From Actinomycetota bacterium (GTDB lineage: Bacteria; Actinomycetota; Actinomycetes; S36-B12), in assembly GCA_027729805.1 (NCBI GenBank), contig JAQCEO010000004.1:1-57661 (forward strand): a DNA stretch of 57,661 bases, written 5' to 3'. The translations under genes and the position numbers were made by a program. Below the pieces are notes generated by a model. The model made no database searches. It was not told the origin of the DNA and worked only from the letters and a program-made list of their open reading frames with translations. Below are positions 36,680-46,727 of this stretch, one piece after another. The stretch's first letter is position 1. Every line of letters begins with the position of its first letter.

Positions 36680-37657
36680 ATGAAGCCAACGCCGAAAATT
36701 GATCCGCAAGTGCGCTGGGCGGCACTTAGGTTGCTACCGACGATTGGACTGTTAAAGCCGCTGCCGGTTGGCGACTGGCGCGGTCGGCGCGAGCGCTCAA
36801 CTGCCCTGGAAGCCTCGTTGGCGGCAATCACGCAAAAGCACGCACCCGCACCGACTGACGTGGAGATCACCCAATTGCATTGCCCGCGGCCCGACGGCAG
36901 CCAGATACCGCTTCGGCTTTATCGCCGGCGGGGGAGCCGGTCGGCTGCACTCATTGTGTATGTCCATGGCGGTGGAATGATTATGGGCACGGTGGCCGCT
37001 TATGACTCGGTGTGTTCGAAATATGCGGTATTTGCAGATATCGCAGTGCTTTCAGTTGATTATCGATTAGCACCTGAATACCCGTTTCCGGCCGCCGTAG
37101 ATGATGTCAGTTCGACACTAGCGTGGGCGCGAAGTAGTGCAACTGAGCTGCTGATTGACCCGGATCGAATTGGCATCGCCGGTGACAGCGCGGGCGGTGG
37201 TATTGCGGCCGGTGTCATGTTGAAGTCGCGCGACGAGGGTTTTGACCTAACCGGGGCAATGCTCATCTACCCAATGCTTGATGATCGCACGAGGACGTCG
37301 CCGGTAGCGGGCCCTAAGCTCACCGGCCCATTTGTCTACTGGACCTACAACGACAACATCACCGGTTGGCAGTGTCTACTCGGTAGCCCGGCCCCCGGGG
37401 CGGTTTCCCCGTATGCGGCGCCAGCGCGGGCAACTGATCTTGGTGGGTTACCACCGGTGTATATCGAAGTGGGTGATCTCGATATTTTCTACGCGGAGGA
37501 TGGTGATTTTGCGGAGCGTATTAGTTCGGCCGGCGGTGATGTCCAATTGCATCTTCGCCCTGGGTGCCCCCACGGCTACGAAGTGGTGGCGCCGAAATCA
37601 AGGGTCGCGCAACTGGCTATGCAGCAGCGCTATGCGTACTTACGATCCCTCAATTAA
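36680..37657 (+). CDS. HSL-family alpha/beta hydrolase (esterase/lipase)
   Basis: HGGG, VDYRLAPE, GDSAGG, YPMLDDR, GDLD, HGY. Confidence 0.9.
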   Translation: MKPTPKIDPQVRWAALRLLPTIGLLKPLPVGDWRGRRERSTALEASLAAITQKHAPAPTDVEITQLHCPRPDGSQIPLRLYRRRGSRSAALIVYVHGGGMIMGTVAAYDSVCSKYAVFADIAVLSVDYRLAPEYPFPAAVDDVSSTLAWARSSATELLIDPDRIGIAGDSAGGGIAAGVMLKSRDEGFDLTGAMLIYPMLDDRTRTSPVAGPKLTGPFVYWTYNDNITGWQCLLGSPAPGAVSPYAAPARATDLGGLPPVYIEVGDLDIFYAEDGDFAERISSAGGDVQLHLRPGCPHGYEVVAPKSRVAQLAMQQRYAYLRSLN

Positions 37658-37665
37658 CCCCTTGC

Positions 37666-37685
37666 AGCCCGCGGAGCGGGCTTTC
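37666..37685 (+). terminator. probable intrinsic terminator
   Basis: AGCCCGC-GGA-GCGGGCT hairpin followed by a short T run, just after the hydrolase stop. Confidence 0.45.
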
Positions 37686-37818
37686 GGTCACCACCACAAT
37701 TTGGTGCTATTTGGCAAAATGGCTTTTATTTCTAGGACAGAGACCTGCAAGAACACGGTGCTGTCGCGTATGGTGAAGGCACTCGGGGCCTATTTGCGGC
37801 CGCCGGCGGGTCAAGGGA

Positions 37819-38355
37819 GTGATCATGGTCATCAGCGCAGTGATCAAGGCGCGAGCATTTATACCGGTGGCGCTTGCGGGAGCCATGGTGCTTGCGGGGT
37901 GCTCATCGGAGCCGGGGCCCGTCCCGATATCAAGTTTATCCTCTGCCTTGGCCGCTCCCAGCGAAGATTCGGCCGTAACCTTTGATGCGCAAGCAACTTG
38001 CGAAACTTATTTCCAGTTGGATTTATTGCGCAGCACGGTAGCAGTCGGGGTCAAGGACGTAGGCAAGAAGGAGCGCAGAGCGTTGCTGGTTGAGTATCAG
38101 CAGCTACTGTCAGATTTGGTGGGTACCGCAGGTGACGCGGTGAACTCTGGTGAACTACCGCAGCAGGTGCTCACTAATGCCGAGAAGATGCAAAGGATCC
38201 TCGATAAATTTGGCAAGCGGGATGGTATCGACTCCCTATCGAAGAGGCAAAAAAAGCTCCTAACATTGCAGGCCAATCGCGTAGAGGCACGATGCGCTAC
38301 CGCCGGGTACGCGCTGCCTCAGGAAAATATCGACGCGCGGGAGTTGATTCCTTAG
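37819..38355 (+). CDS. putative lipoprotein, unknown function
   Basis: Signal peptide with lipobox VLAGC, Ser/Pro linker, helical domain with two Cys; start uncertain. Confidence 0.65.
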   Translation: MIMVISAVIKARAFIPVALAGAMVLAGCSSEPGPVPISSLSSALAAPSEDSAVTFDAQATCETYFQLDLLRSTVAVGVKDVGKKERRALLVEYQQLLSDLVGTAGDAVNSGELPQQVLTNAEKMQRILDKFGKRDGIDSLSKRQKKLLTLQANRVEARCATAGYALPQENIDARELIP

Positions 38356-38358
38356 CCC

Positions 38359-39396
38359 ATGTCGGGTACCTATCTTCCAGACCCGCAGCGCTATGACGGT
38401 CGGATGCCTTACCGGTGCGCGGGTTTTAGTGGGCTGCGGTTGCCTGCAATCTCACTTGGGTTTTGGCACAACTTTGGTGACGATAAACCTAGGCAGTCAC
38501 AGCGCGAAATAATGCACCGGGCATTTGATCTGGGGATCACGCATTTTGACTTAGCCAACAACTATGGCCCGCCCGCCGGTTCCGCCGAGTTGAATATTGG
38601 GCAGATTTTGCGGGATGACTTTGCCGGACTACGTGATGAATTGGTAATTTCGAGTAAGGCGGGTTGGGATATGTGGCCCGGTCCATACGGCGATCTTGGG
38701 TCACGAAAGCACCTGCTGGCCAGCCTCGATCAGAGCCTTGAGCGTCTGGGGCTGGAATACGTCGATATTTTCTATCACCACCGGCCAGATGCCGATACAC
38801 CGCTGAAAGAATCAATGGGTGCCCTGCACACCGCGGTGCAGCAAGGCAAAGCGCTTTATGTCGGCATCTCCTCCTATTCGCCATCTCGCACTTTGGCGGC
38901 TGCACGCATACTTGCGGATCTGGGCACCCCAATGCTGATCCATCAGCCCTCGTACTCGATGTTCAACAGGTGGCTGGAAGGTGGACTACTTGATGTACTG
39001 CAAGAAGTTGGGGCCGGCTGTATTACTTTTAGCCCCCTGGCACAGGGGCTACTAACCGATAGATACTTAGATGGTGTGCCATCGGATTCACGGGCGGCGC
39101 AGGGCAAAAGCCTATTTGACTTCCATCTTCGCGATGAGAACATCAACCGGGTTCGAGCTTTAGCAGATATTGCGGCGCGACGCGGCCAATCTTTAGCACA
39201 ACTCGCCGTCGCCTGGACACTGCGCGATGAACGAGTAACAACAACCCTGCTGGGGGCAAGCAGCGGGCGGCAACTTGAGGAGACCGCGAGCGCAGTCACG
39301 AATCTGGTATTCACCGAGGCTGAGCTAGCCGAGATCGATCAGTACGCGATTGACGCTGATATCAATTTGTGGGGAGCACAATCCCTGATCCCGTAG
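38359..39396 (+). CDS. aldo/keto reductase, YghZ/MgrA (L-glyceraldehyde 3-phosphate reductase) type
   Basis: LPAISLGFWHNFG, HFDLANNYGPP.GSAE, SSKAGWDMWPGPYG, YHHRPD, SPLAQGLLT. Confidence 0.9.
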   Translation: MSGTYLPDPQRYDGRMPYRCAGFSGLRLPAISLGFWHNFGDDKPRQSQREIMHRAFDLGITHFDLANNYGPPAGSAELNIGQILRDDFAGLRDELVISSKAGWDMWPGPYGDLGSRKHLLASLDQSLERLGLEYVDIFYHHRPDADTPLKESMGALHTAVQQGKALYVGISSYSPSRTLAAARILADLGTPMLIHQPSYSMFNRWLEGGLLDVLQEVGAGCITFSPLAQGLLTDRYLDGVPSDSRAAQGKSLFDFHLRDENINRVRALADIAARRGQSLAQLAVAWTLRDERVTTTLLGASSGRQLEETASAVTNLVFTEAELAEIDQYAIDADINLWGAQSLIP

Positions 39397-39492
39397 CATG
39401 ACATGGCCGGTCAAATCTGCTGGAGGGCATCTGTGATTTCACAGTTCGTAGTTAGTGAAGCCGAAAGGTCCTTGCGAATCTCGCGGTTTCCG

Positions 39493-40656
39493 ATGGGCGC
39501 GAAGATCACACTGGCTGATATGGCGGATGCGGGCCGAGAGCATGTGCTCGATGAGTTGCGCGCGCAGGAACCGGTCACTTGGTTTCCGGAGCTTGGCGGC
39601 TGGTTAATCACAAGCCGTGACGGCGCGCGTGAGCTGTTGCTGCCGAAGTCGGGGGCAACGGTCGAAGCCGAGCAGAACATGGTGCGAGCCGCACTGGGCA
39701 CGATGATGTTGACGGTGGATGCGCCGGCACATGATCGTCTGCGCGCTCCTTTTGAGCGTCCCTTTCGGGCCCGCGAGGCAGAGCGGACTTTTGGTGGCTT
39801 CATTGGTGAGCAGGCGGACCGACTCATTGACCAATTTGCGGGAGCCGGGGTGGCAGAGCTGCATTCGGTATTCGCTGCCGAGTTCGCAGTCGCAGTCGCG
39901 GGATACGTGATCGGACTGCCGCTCGGTGAAAGTGCGCAAATTGACGCTTACTACGCGGATTTTGCGGCAGCCATGGTCTATGACGGTGATCCCGAGCCGG
40001 TGCTACGGGCCGAGCGGGCACGTGTTCAGCTCAATAAATTGTTACTCGCGGGCCTAAATGCGCATCGGGAATCGGGGGAGGCGTCGTTGACAAACGAGGT
40101 ACTTGCGGATCCAGGCAATGAGCTGACCGACGACGAAGTCGTCGCGCAACTTCGGGTAGTGATGTTCGGGGCGGTTGAAACTATTCAAGCCTCGGTGTTG
40201 TCAACCTTACTGCTTCTCCTCACCCACCCAGATTCCATGGAACAGTGTCTAGCCAACCCGACTTTGATCCCCGGTGCGGTGGATGAGGCGATCCGACTAA
40301 TTCCACCAGTCGCCTTCATCGAGCGATGGATCGACAAGGAGTTGACCATCGGCAGCGTGAGTATCGGGGCGGGTGAATTCGTAGGGATCTCGGTTATCGC
40401 CGCCAATAGAGATCCTGAGGTATTTGCCGACCCGTTGACCTTCGATATCCATCGGGCCAATGCGCGGCACGGATTGGGGTTCTCGGCGGGCGAGCATCAT
40501 TGCCTAGGTGTCCACCTGGCCAGGACTCAAACGGTGATCGCGGTTGCAAAACTCCTGAGCCGGCTACCGGATCTGACCCTGGTCAGCGTAATAGAGCCAT
40601 CTGGTTTTGCGTTTCGTCGCCCGGGGTCGCTTGAGATTTCTTGGCGGGCCTGTTAG
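39493..40656 (+). CDS. cytochrome P450
   Basis: DAPAHDRLR, ExxR DEAIR, AANRDPEVF, heme motif FSAGEHHCLG; start uncertain (39403-39493). Confidence 0.92.
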   Translation: MGAKITLADMADAGREHVLDELRAQEPVTWFPELGGWLITSRDGARELLLPKSGATVEAEQNMVRAALGTMMLTVDAPAHDRLRAPFERPFRAREAERTFGGFIGEQADRLIDQFAGAGVAELHSVFAAEFAVAVAGYVIGLPLGESAQIDAYYADFAAAMVYDGDPEPVLRAERARVQLNKLLLAGLNAHRESGEASLTNEVLADPGNELTDDEVVAQLRVVMFGAVETIQASVLSTLLLLLTHPDSMEQCLANPTLIPGAVDEAIRLIPPVAFIERWIDKELTIGSVSIGAGEFVGISVIAANRDPEVFADPLTFDIHRANARHGLGFSAGEHHCLGVHLARTQTVIAVAKLLSRLPDLTLVSVIEPSGFAFRRPGSLEISWRAC

Positions 40657-40661
40657 CAAAG

Positions 40662-41486
40662 TTACATGAACTCGTCGGGATTTGGCCCGGTGCGGTGTCC
40701 ATTTTCCAGTGAACCAATCGCCACCATGTCTTCCGGTGTCAGCTCGAAGTCAAAAACGTCGATGTTTTGTCGGATACGATCTGGGGTAACGGACTTTGGT
40801 AAGACGACATTGCCCAACTGCAAATGCCAGCGGATCATTATCTGAGCCGTGCTCTTGGCGTGCTTTGCCGCTATTTTGCTAAGTAGCGGGTTGCTAATCA
40901 ATTCACCTGATGCGAGCGGGCTCCAAGCTTCGACCAAAATTCCAAGGTCTGCGGTAACGGCTCGTAGAGGGCCTTGCGGTAACCACGGGTGTAACTCAAT
41001 TTGGTCGACAACCGGCACCACGCCAGTCTCGGCGATGATGCTGGATAAATACTGCTCATGAAAGTTAGATACTCCAATTGAGCGGGCCCGACCCTGTTCA
41101 TGCAAGGTCATCACGGCCCGCCAAGTTTGCAGGTAATCGCCGGTGGCGGGCGCGGGCCAATGCACGAGATAGAGGTCGACCTCGCTAACACCAAGCAGGC
41201 GGACGCTCTTATCGAAGGCCCGAAGGGTCTGGTCGTAGCCGTGTTCGGTGTTCCAGACTTTCGTGGTCAAGAAGATTTCATCACGCGCGAGCCCAGAGCG
41301 GGCAATTGCCTCACCAACACCACGCTCATTTTCATAGACCGCGGCGGTGTCGACGTGGCGGTAACCGGCTTCGAACGCGGTGAGGGTGGCATCGACCACC
41401 ACGTCATCTGGTACCTGCCAAACCCCAAACCCGATCTGCGGAATCAGTCGACCGTCATTCATGGGCAATCTGGACATTGTCTGCAT
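40662..41486 (-). CDS. aldo/keto reductase, 2,5-diketo-D-gluconate reductase type
   Basis: IPQIGFGVWQ, GYRHVDTAAVYENE, TTKVWN, LVHWP, IGVSNF, VLPKSVTPDRI. Confidence 0.92.
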   Translation of the reverse strand: MQTMSRLPMNDGRLIPQIGFGVWQVPDDVVVDATLTAFEAGYRHVDTAAVYENERGVGEAIARSGLARDEIFLTTKVWNTEHGYDQTLRAFDKSVRLLGVSEVDLYLVHWPAPATGDYLQTWRAVMTLHEQGRARSIGVSNFHEQYLSSIIAETGVVPVVDQIELHPWLPQGPLRAVTADLGILVEAWSPLASGELISNPLLSKIAAKHAKSTAQIMIRWHLQLGNVVLPKSVTPDRIRQNIDVFDFELTPEDMVAIGSLENGHRTGPNPDEFM

Positions 41487-41790
41487 TGGAGTGCTCCGAG
41501 ACGTCAGGGTAAAACGAGTTACCTAAGGATAGCCACCGAGCAGGAGGAGGGCCACCGAAAACAACTGCCCCAGCCCAAGGGCGGTCTGGGGTCAGTGACG
41601 GGGCTTAGAAACCCCGACAGCACCTCGCCCAGTGACGCACCTTTTGCGGACCTGGCCCAGATCACCTGGGTTCGGTCAAAAAGAGTACGACGCTGTGTCA
41701 CGAAAGGCGAGCGACCAGCATCTGATGTTTGTAGGATATGGGGCAGAGGGGGTTTTAAAGGTGGCCCCTTGCTGCTTTCGGGTGCGAGCC

Positions 41791-42210
41791 ATGGAGAGTG
41801 TTGTGCGAATTCTTGGACTATTGGTTGTTGGGGTGTCTGGGCTGGCAGTTGCCCTTTCGATGTCAGGTGTCGCGAGTGCGGCGGATGACGTCACTTTGGT
41901 GAAGTCGATCCCGGAGTCCGGTGCCCGGACCGTCAAGGTGCCAGCTGGCAACAACGTACGTTTTAAGATCCCATCCAATGCCACCACGGGCTACTCCTAC
42001 ACCGTCACCACCTTGACGAACACCGCACAAGCCGCGGTGTCGGATGCCAAGTACGTGGCACCGAGTGAGGCTAGCCCGGGTAAGGGAGGTAACACGGTGG
42101 TACAAGTCATTCCGATGCACTCGGGGATAACGGTAATCAAATTCACCAATGTCGCTCCGGGCGGCGCTACCGCGGGCACTAGTCGCGTGCGCCTGCTGTT
42201 TATGAACTAG
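41791..42210 (+). CDS. secreted chagasin-like protease inhibitor (I42 family)
   Basis: Signal peptide (..ASA/ADD), SNATTGYSY resembling the NPTTGY loop, YVAP...PGKGG, beta-rich C-terminus; start 41791 or 41803. Confidence 0.7.
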   Translation: MESVVRILGLLVVGVSGLAVALSMSGVASAADDVTLVKSIPESGARTVKVPAGNNVRFKIPSNATTGYSYTVTTLTNTAQAAVSDAKYVAPSEASPGKGGNTVVQVIPMHSGITVIKFTNVAPGGATAGTSRVRLLFMN

Positions 42211-42212
42211 AA

Positions 42213-44939
42213 ATGGCGGATACCCGGTACGTTTTCGACTTCACCGAAGGGGGTCGTGAGCAAAAGGACCTCCTCGGCGGCAAGGGGGCAAACCTCGCAG
42301 AGATGACCCGCCTTGGGCTGCCGGTGCCACCTGGTTTCACGATCACGACCGATGCCTGCCGGTGGTTCCTGCGACACGGGCAGGAGCCGGTTAATCTGCG
42401 GGTTCAGGTAACAGCTGCGCTGCGCCGATTGGAGGATCAACTAAATCGCCGTCTTGGAGATTTACACGACCCGCTCTTAGTGTCCGTACGATCTGGTTCA
42501 GTGTTTTCGATGCCGGGGATGATGGACACGATCTTGAATGTGGGCCTAAACGACGCCTCGTTAAAAGGTCTTGTTGATATTACGGGTGATTCTCGGTTCG
42601 CTTGGGATTCCTACCGTCGGTTGATATCGATGTTCGGGCGAACTGTTATGGGGGTTGAGCCGGCGCTATTTGCTAATGAACTCGAAGGTGCAGTGTCGGC
42701 CGCTGGGGTGCCGAATGAAAGTGCCCTTGACGATGTTGACCTGCAACGCTTGGTTGAGCGCTACAAAGAGATTATCCGCGAGCAAACGGGCCGGGAGTTT
42801 CCGCAGCACCCGCGCGAGCAGTTAGATCGGGCAGTGCACGCGGTTTTCGAGTCATGGAATGGCGATCGCGCAAAGTTGTACCGTCGTCGTGAGCGAATCC
42901 CCAACGATCTTGGGACTGCGGTGAATATCTGCACCATGGTGTTTGGCAACCAGGGCGAGGACTCAGGCACCGGCGTTGCATTCACGCGTGATCCGGCCAC
43001 TGGTGCTGCGGGACACTACGGGGACTACCTACCAAATGCTCAAGGCGAAGATGTAGTCGCGGGGATTCGCAACACGTTGACATTGGCTGATCTTGCTATT
43101 CAAAACCATGAGGTCGCCGAACAGTTGGCGTTTACAATGCGCCGCCTTGAGACCCATTATCGAGACCTATGCGATATCGAGTTCACTGTTGAACGCGGAA
43201 AACTTTGGATGCTTCAAACGCGGGTGGGCAAACGAACCGCGGGCGCAGCCTTTCGGATTGCCTGTGAATTCCTAGACGAAGGTCTAATAACCGAGGATGA
43301 GGCACTGGCTCGAGTCAGCGGCTCTCAGCTTTCGCAGTTACTGGTGCCCCAACTCACCTTGGGTATTGATCGAACGCTCATTACCAAGGCGATCGCAGCA
43401 TCACCTGGTGCGGCGGTCGGGCAGGTGGTGTTTGATCCAGCCCGGGCGGTGGCATTGACGGAGGCGGGCCAGTCAGTGGTACTCGTAAGGCGAGAGACCA
43501 ACCCAGATGATTTCGCAGGGATGGTAGCCGCTGTCGGGATCTTGACAAGTCGCGGTGGGAAGACCAGTCATGCGGCCGTGGTGGCGCGGGGGATGGGCAA
43601 GCCGGCGGTCTGCGGCGCCGATGCCCTAATAGTCAATGAGGTGGAAGGTATTGCGACCGTCACATCCGAAGACGGCACGATGTGGACCATCCGGGCAGGT
43701 GACTTCATTTCATTGGATGGGGCATCCGGTGAGGTATTCCTTGGCGAGTTGCCGGTGTCCTCCTCGCCGGTGGTCCGCTACCTGCTCGACGGAATCGACT
43801 CCGTGCTGCCGTCGCTAAATGCAGATGACGCGGCGGTAGTTAGCTGTGTTGATCGCCTCCTAAAATATGCAGACCAGGTCCGAAAGCTAAGGGTGCGCGC
43901 GAACGCTGACACCCCGGAGGATGCGGTGCGGGCCAGGCTGCTCGGAGCCGAAGGTATCGGCCTATGCCGGACCGAGCATATGTTTCTTGGTGAGCGCCGT
44001 GAGTTGATTGAGCGCGTAATCCTAGCCGAGACAACTACTGAACGCGAGGAAGCACTTGCCGCATTGATGCCGTTGCAACGTAAAGACTACATTGAGATTT
44101 TGGCGGCAATGGATGGGTTGCCCGTGACCGTGCGCCTGCTGGACCCACCGCTTCACGAGTTTTTGACGGACCGCGCAGAATTGATGGTTCGCGTCGCGCT
44201 GGCGCAGGAGCGCGGGGAGGACCACAGCGCTGATGATCGGATGTTGGCCGCGGTTAACCGACTCCATGAGTCGAACCCGATGCTCGGATTGCGCGGTGTT
44301 CGGTTGGGGCTGGTTATCCCCGGGCTGTACGCCCTGCAGGTGCGGGCCTTAGCCGAGGCGACTATCGCCCGCTTGGAAGCCGGCGGCCGTCCAAATGCTG
44401 AAATAATGGTGCCGCTTGTTGGCTCAGCACGCGAGTTGACTCTCATCCGCGAGGAGATCGAGCAAGTACTCGCTGAAGTCAGTGCCGAATCGGGCCGGTC
44501 CCTAAGGATGCCGATCGGCACGATGATCGAACTACCGCGGGCCGCCCTCACCGCCCATCGAATAGCAGAAGTTGCTGACTTCTTCTCCTTTGGCACCAAT
44601 GACCTAACCCAGACCACATGGGGGTTCAGCCGCGATGACGTGGAAGCAGCATTTTTCGCGGCTTATCTGGAAAAGGGTGTGCTGACAATCTCACCATTTG
44701 AGACCCTTGACGCCGATGGTGTTGGTCGCCTGGTCGACATCGCGGTTCGCGAAGGCCGGCAGGCGCGACCAGATCTCAAGCTTGGGATTTGTGGTGAACA
44801 CGGTGGTGACCCGGAGTCAATCCACTTCTTTAACGAGGCTGGACTCGATTATGTATCCGCAAGTCCATTTCGGGTTCCGGTGGCGCGCCTTGAGTCAGGG
44901 CGAGCGGTTATCTCTGGTCTAGCTAGTGATTCGCGTTAG
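42213..44939 (+). CDS. ppdK: pyruvate, phosphate dikinase
   Basis: LLGGKGANLAEM, SVRSG, NAQGEDVVAG, phospho-His GGKTSHAAVVAR, GLCRTEHMF, FSFGTNDLTQ, GICGEHGG. Confidence 0.98.
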   Translation: MADTRYVFDFTEGGREQKDLLGGKGANLAEMTRLGLPVPPGFTITTDACRWFLRHGQEPVNLRVQVTAALRRLEDQLNRRLGDLHDPLLVSVRSGSVFSMPGMMDTILNVGLNDASLKGLVDITGDSRFAWDSYRRLISMFGRTVMGVEPALFANELEGAVSAAGVPNESALDDVDLQRLVERYKEIIREQTGREFPQHPREQLDRAVHAVFESWNGDRAKLYRRRERIPNDLGTAVNICTMVFGNQGEDSGTGVAFTRDPATGAAGHYGDYLPNAQGEDVVAGIRNTLTLADLAIQNHEVAEQLAFTMRRLETHYRDLCDIEFTVERGKLWMLQTRVGKRTAGAAFRIACEFLDEGLITEDEALARVSGSQLSQLLVPQLTLGIDRTLITKAIAASPGAAVGQVVFDPARAVALTEAGQSVVLVRRETNPDDFAGMVAAVGILTSRGGKTSHAAVVARGMGKPAVCGADALIVNEVEGIATVTSEDGTMWTIRAGDFISLDGASGEVFLGELPVSSSPVVRYLLDGIDSVLPSLNADDAAVVSCVDRLLKYADQVRKLRVRANADTPEDAVRARLLGAEGIGLCRTEHMFLGERRELIERVILAETTTEREEALAALMPLQRKDYIEILAAMDGLPVTVRLLDPPLHEFLTDRAELMVRVALAQERGEDHSADDRMLAAVNRLHESNPMLGLRGVRLGLVIPGLYALQVRALAEATIARLEAGGRPNAEIMVPLVGSARELTLIREEIEQVLAEVSAESGRSLRMPIGTMIELPRAALTAHRIAEVADFFSFGTNDLTQTTWGFSRDDVEAAFFAAYLEKGVLTISPFETLDADGVGRLVDIAVREGRQARPDLKLGICGEHGGDPESIHFFNEAGLDYVSASPFRVPVARLESGRAVISGLASDSR

Positions 44940-45921
44940 TGCTGAAGTAAATAGATTGCCATATTGGCGCGCCGGCCCTTAGCGTCCGGCCATCGGCGAA
45001 GTCGACGTGATCTGCGGGCAAATTAGCGGCGAAGGCCGCGAAGGTGACCCCTGCATTAGATGTTTTGGGGTCGGTGAGCACGACATCGCGCGATAAAGTT
45101 GAACGAAGATCGCCATCGGCTGCTAGCGCCTGCTGCAAGGTCTCAAGGCGGCGCAGTGAGGACCTAGTCGCGTTCGATGGGTTGTCCAGCAGGTGGTTAG
45201 TGTGCGCGCACTCTTTGACCCCGGTGTCAGTGCTTAGTTGGACCCGGCCCGGCCCACACTCCCAAGTGGCGATGCCATCGGGGGCCGACACCGTGTACGC
45301 CTGACCGGCCGCGTGTGGCACACCGGTCAAAAACTTCTCGGCCTCGGTAAGTGTGGCCAAGGTGAGCAGGTGGCGGGTAATGAACGCGACTGCCAAACCT
45401 TGGCTATCGGCCTGGAATTGCTCAAGGGCATTGACCCCGACCCCCAGGCCGCCGGCACCTGCTCCACAAAGTCCGATCATTCCCGGATAAGTCATCACCA
45501 GTGCGGTCGGCGTGGCGTCCGATTGCACCCGAAGCACCATAAGGCGACCGGCAGTCCATATTGGCAAGTCCATAGTCTGACCAATAAAACCATCGAGGCC
45601 ACGAGCCGCCACCGAGCAACCTAAACCGCCGGTGAAACTCCACACTTCGTCCAGGAATGTCAGGAGCATGATGTCTTCGAGTTCGACATTGGCTCCGGCT
45701 GCCACCCCGATGACCTCATCCCAAAGATCAGGCGTGTAGTCGCGCGCGGTGGCGGCCAAATCGCTTCGCAGCAACCGATCGGTAACCGAGGGAACATCGA
45801 CCCCGTTTTGGGTAAGGTGCTGACTTAGGGCAGTTACGCCCTCAACGATTTGCGCAGCGCGAGCTTGACCATGGGTGAAGCCGCGAGTACCGCCATTCCC
45901 GGTTACTGTCAGGATGTCCAA
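44923..45921 (-). CDS. peptidase C45 family Ntn hydrolase / acyltransferase
   Basis: RGFTHG, DEVIGVAAGA, autoproteolysis site G101-C102, GQTMD, GVNAL, AHTNH. Confidence 0.8.
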   Translation of the reverse strand: MDILTVTGNGGTRGFTHGQARAAQIVEGVTALSQHLTQNGVDVPSVTDRLLRSDLAATARDYTPDLWDEVIGVAAGANVELEDIMLLTFLDEVWSFTGGLGCSVAARGLDGFIGQTMDLPIWTAGRLMVLRVQSDATPTALVMTYPGMIGLCGAGAGGLGVGVNALEQFQADSQGLAVAFITRHLLTLATLTEAEKFLTGVPHAAGQAYTVSAPDGIATWECGPGRVQLSTDTGVKECAHTNHLLDNPSNATRSSLRRLETLQQALAADGDLRSTLSRDVVLTDPKTSNAGVTFAAFAANLPADHVDFADGRTLRAGAPIWQSIYFSTNANH

Positions 45922-45929
45922 GGTTTTTG

Positions 45930-46727
45930 CTACTTCTTTCGTTTGATCGCAATAGTGATGACCGGGATGACGATGATGGCACCGATGATGATGAAGGGTA
46001 CCAAGAACCCGGCGCTGGTGATCAGGAAGGCAATTAGCGCAAGAAATGCTGACCAGCCGTTCTGTAACCCGGCTAAGAACCCCGGTGCGGTACTCGACGT
46101 CAATTCAGTGATGGGCGAAATTGACACGGTCAGGGTCGACATGGCCACCTGTTGGCCTAGGTAGGTGCGCTGCGCGGTCAAGGAGTCAAGTTCGCCCTGC
46201 CGGCTGGCCAGTTCGGACTCAACAGCGACGAGATCGGCAACACTTGCCGCCTGTTCCTGTATAACTTTGAGCCGATCAATTGAAGTTTGCAACACCTGGA
46301 TGCGGGCATCAAGATCAACGACCTGGGTGGTGACGTCTTGTGCGTTGATGCTCACCGAGATGACCGTACCGAGCTGGCTAAGGTCAGTGACGAAGGCATC
46401 CAAGGTAGCCGAAGGTACGCGAATGACGATATTTGCGTAAGTCGAAGTGCCATCCGAATTGACACTTTGCGAATCGATCGCGCCGGAACTGGCGGCGGTC
46501 GCTGCAATTAGATTTGCGGTCGCCTCGGCAACATCTACCACCCGAATATCAACATAAGCGGTGCGGATGATTTGGGGTCCACTTATCGTGGTGGGGTCCT
46601 GTTTGGTTTCACCCACCGCGGCTTCCGGGGCCATCGCCTCGGAGGCACCTGGGCTACCTGAACCACACCCGGCCAGCAGTAGACCAACTCCCAGAAGCAA
46701 AAGTGCCAATACTGACTTTCGTATCAT
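45930..46727 (-). CDS. DUF4349 domain lipoprotein
   Basis: Lipobox LLAGC, IIRTA, IRVPS, DVTTQVVDLDARI, VESEL..RQGELDSL, C-terminal TM helix. Confidence 0.85.
   Translation of the reverse strand: MIRKSVLALLLLGVGLLLAGCGSGSPGASEAMAPEAAVGETKQDPTTISGPQIIRTAYVDIRVVDVAEATANLIAATAASSGAIDSQSVNSDGTSTYANIVIRVPSATLDAFVTDLSQLGTVISVSINAQDVTTQVVDLDARIQVLQTSIDRLKVIQEQAASVADLVAVESELASRQGELDSLTAQRTYLGQQVAMSTLTVSISPITELTSSTAPGFLAGLQNGWSAFLALIAFLITSAGFLVPFIIIGAIIVIPVITIAIKRKK

Noticed and set aside
41100-41888. 262-aa + ORF overlapping the AKR gene antisense
   Set aside because: Shadow frame; the minus-strand AKR carries all family motifs
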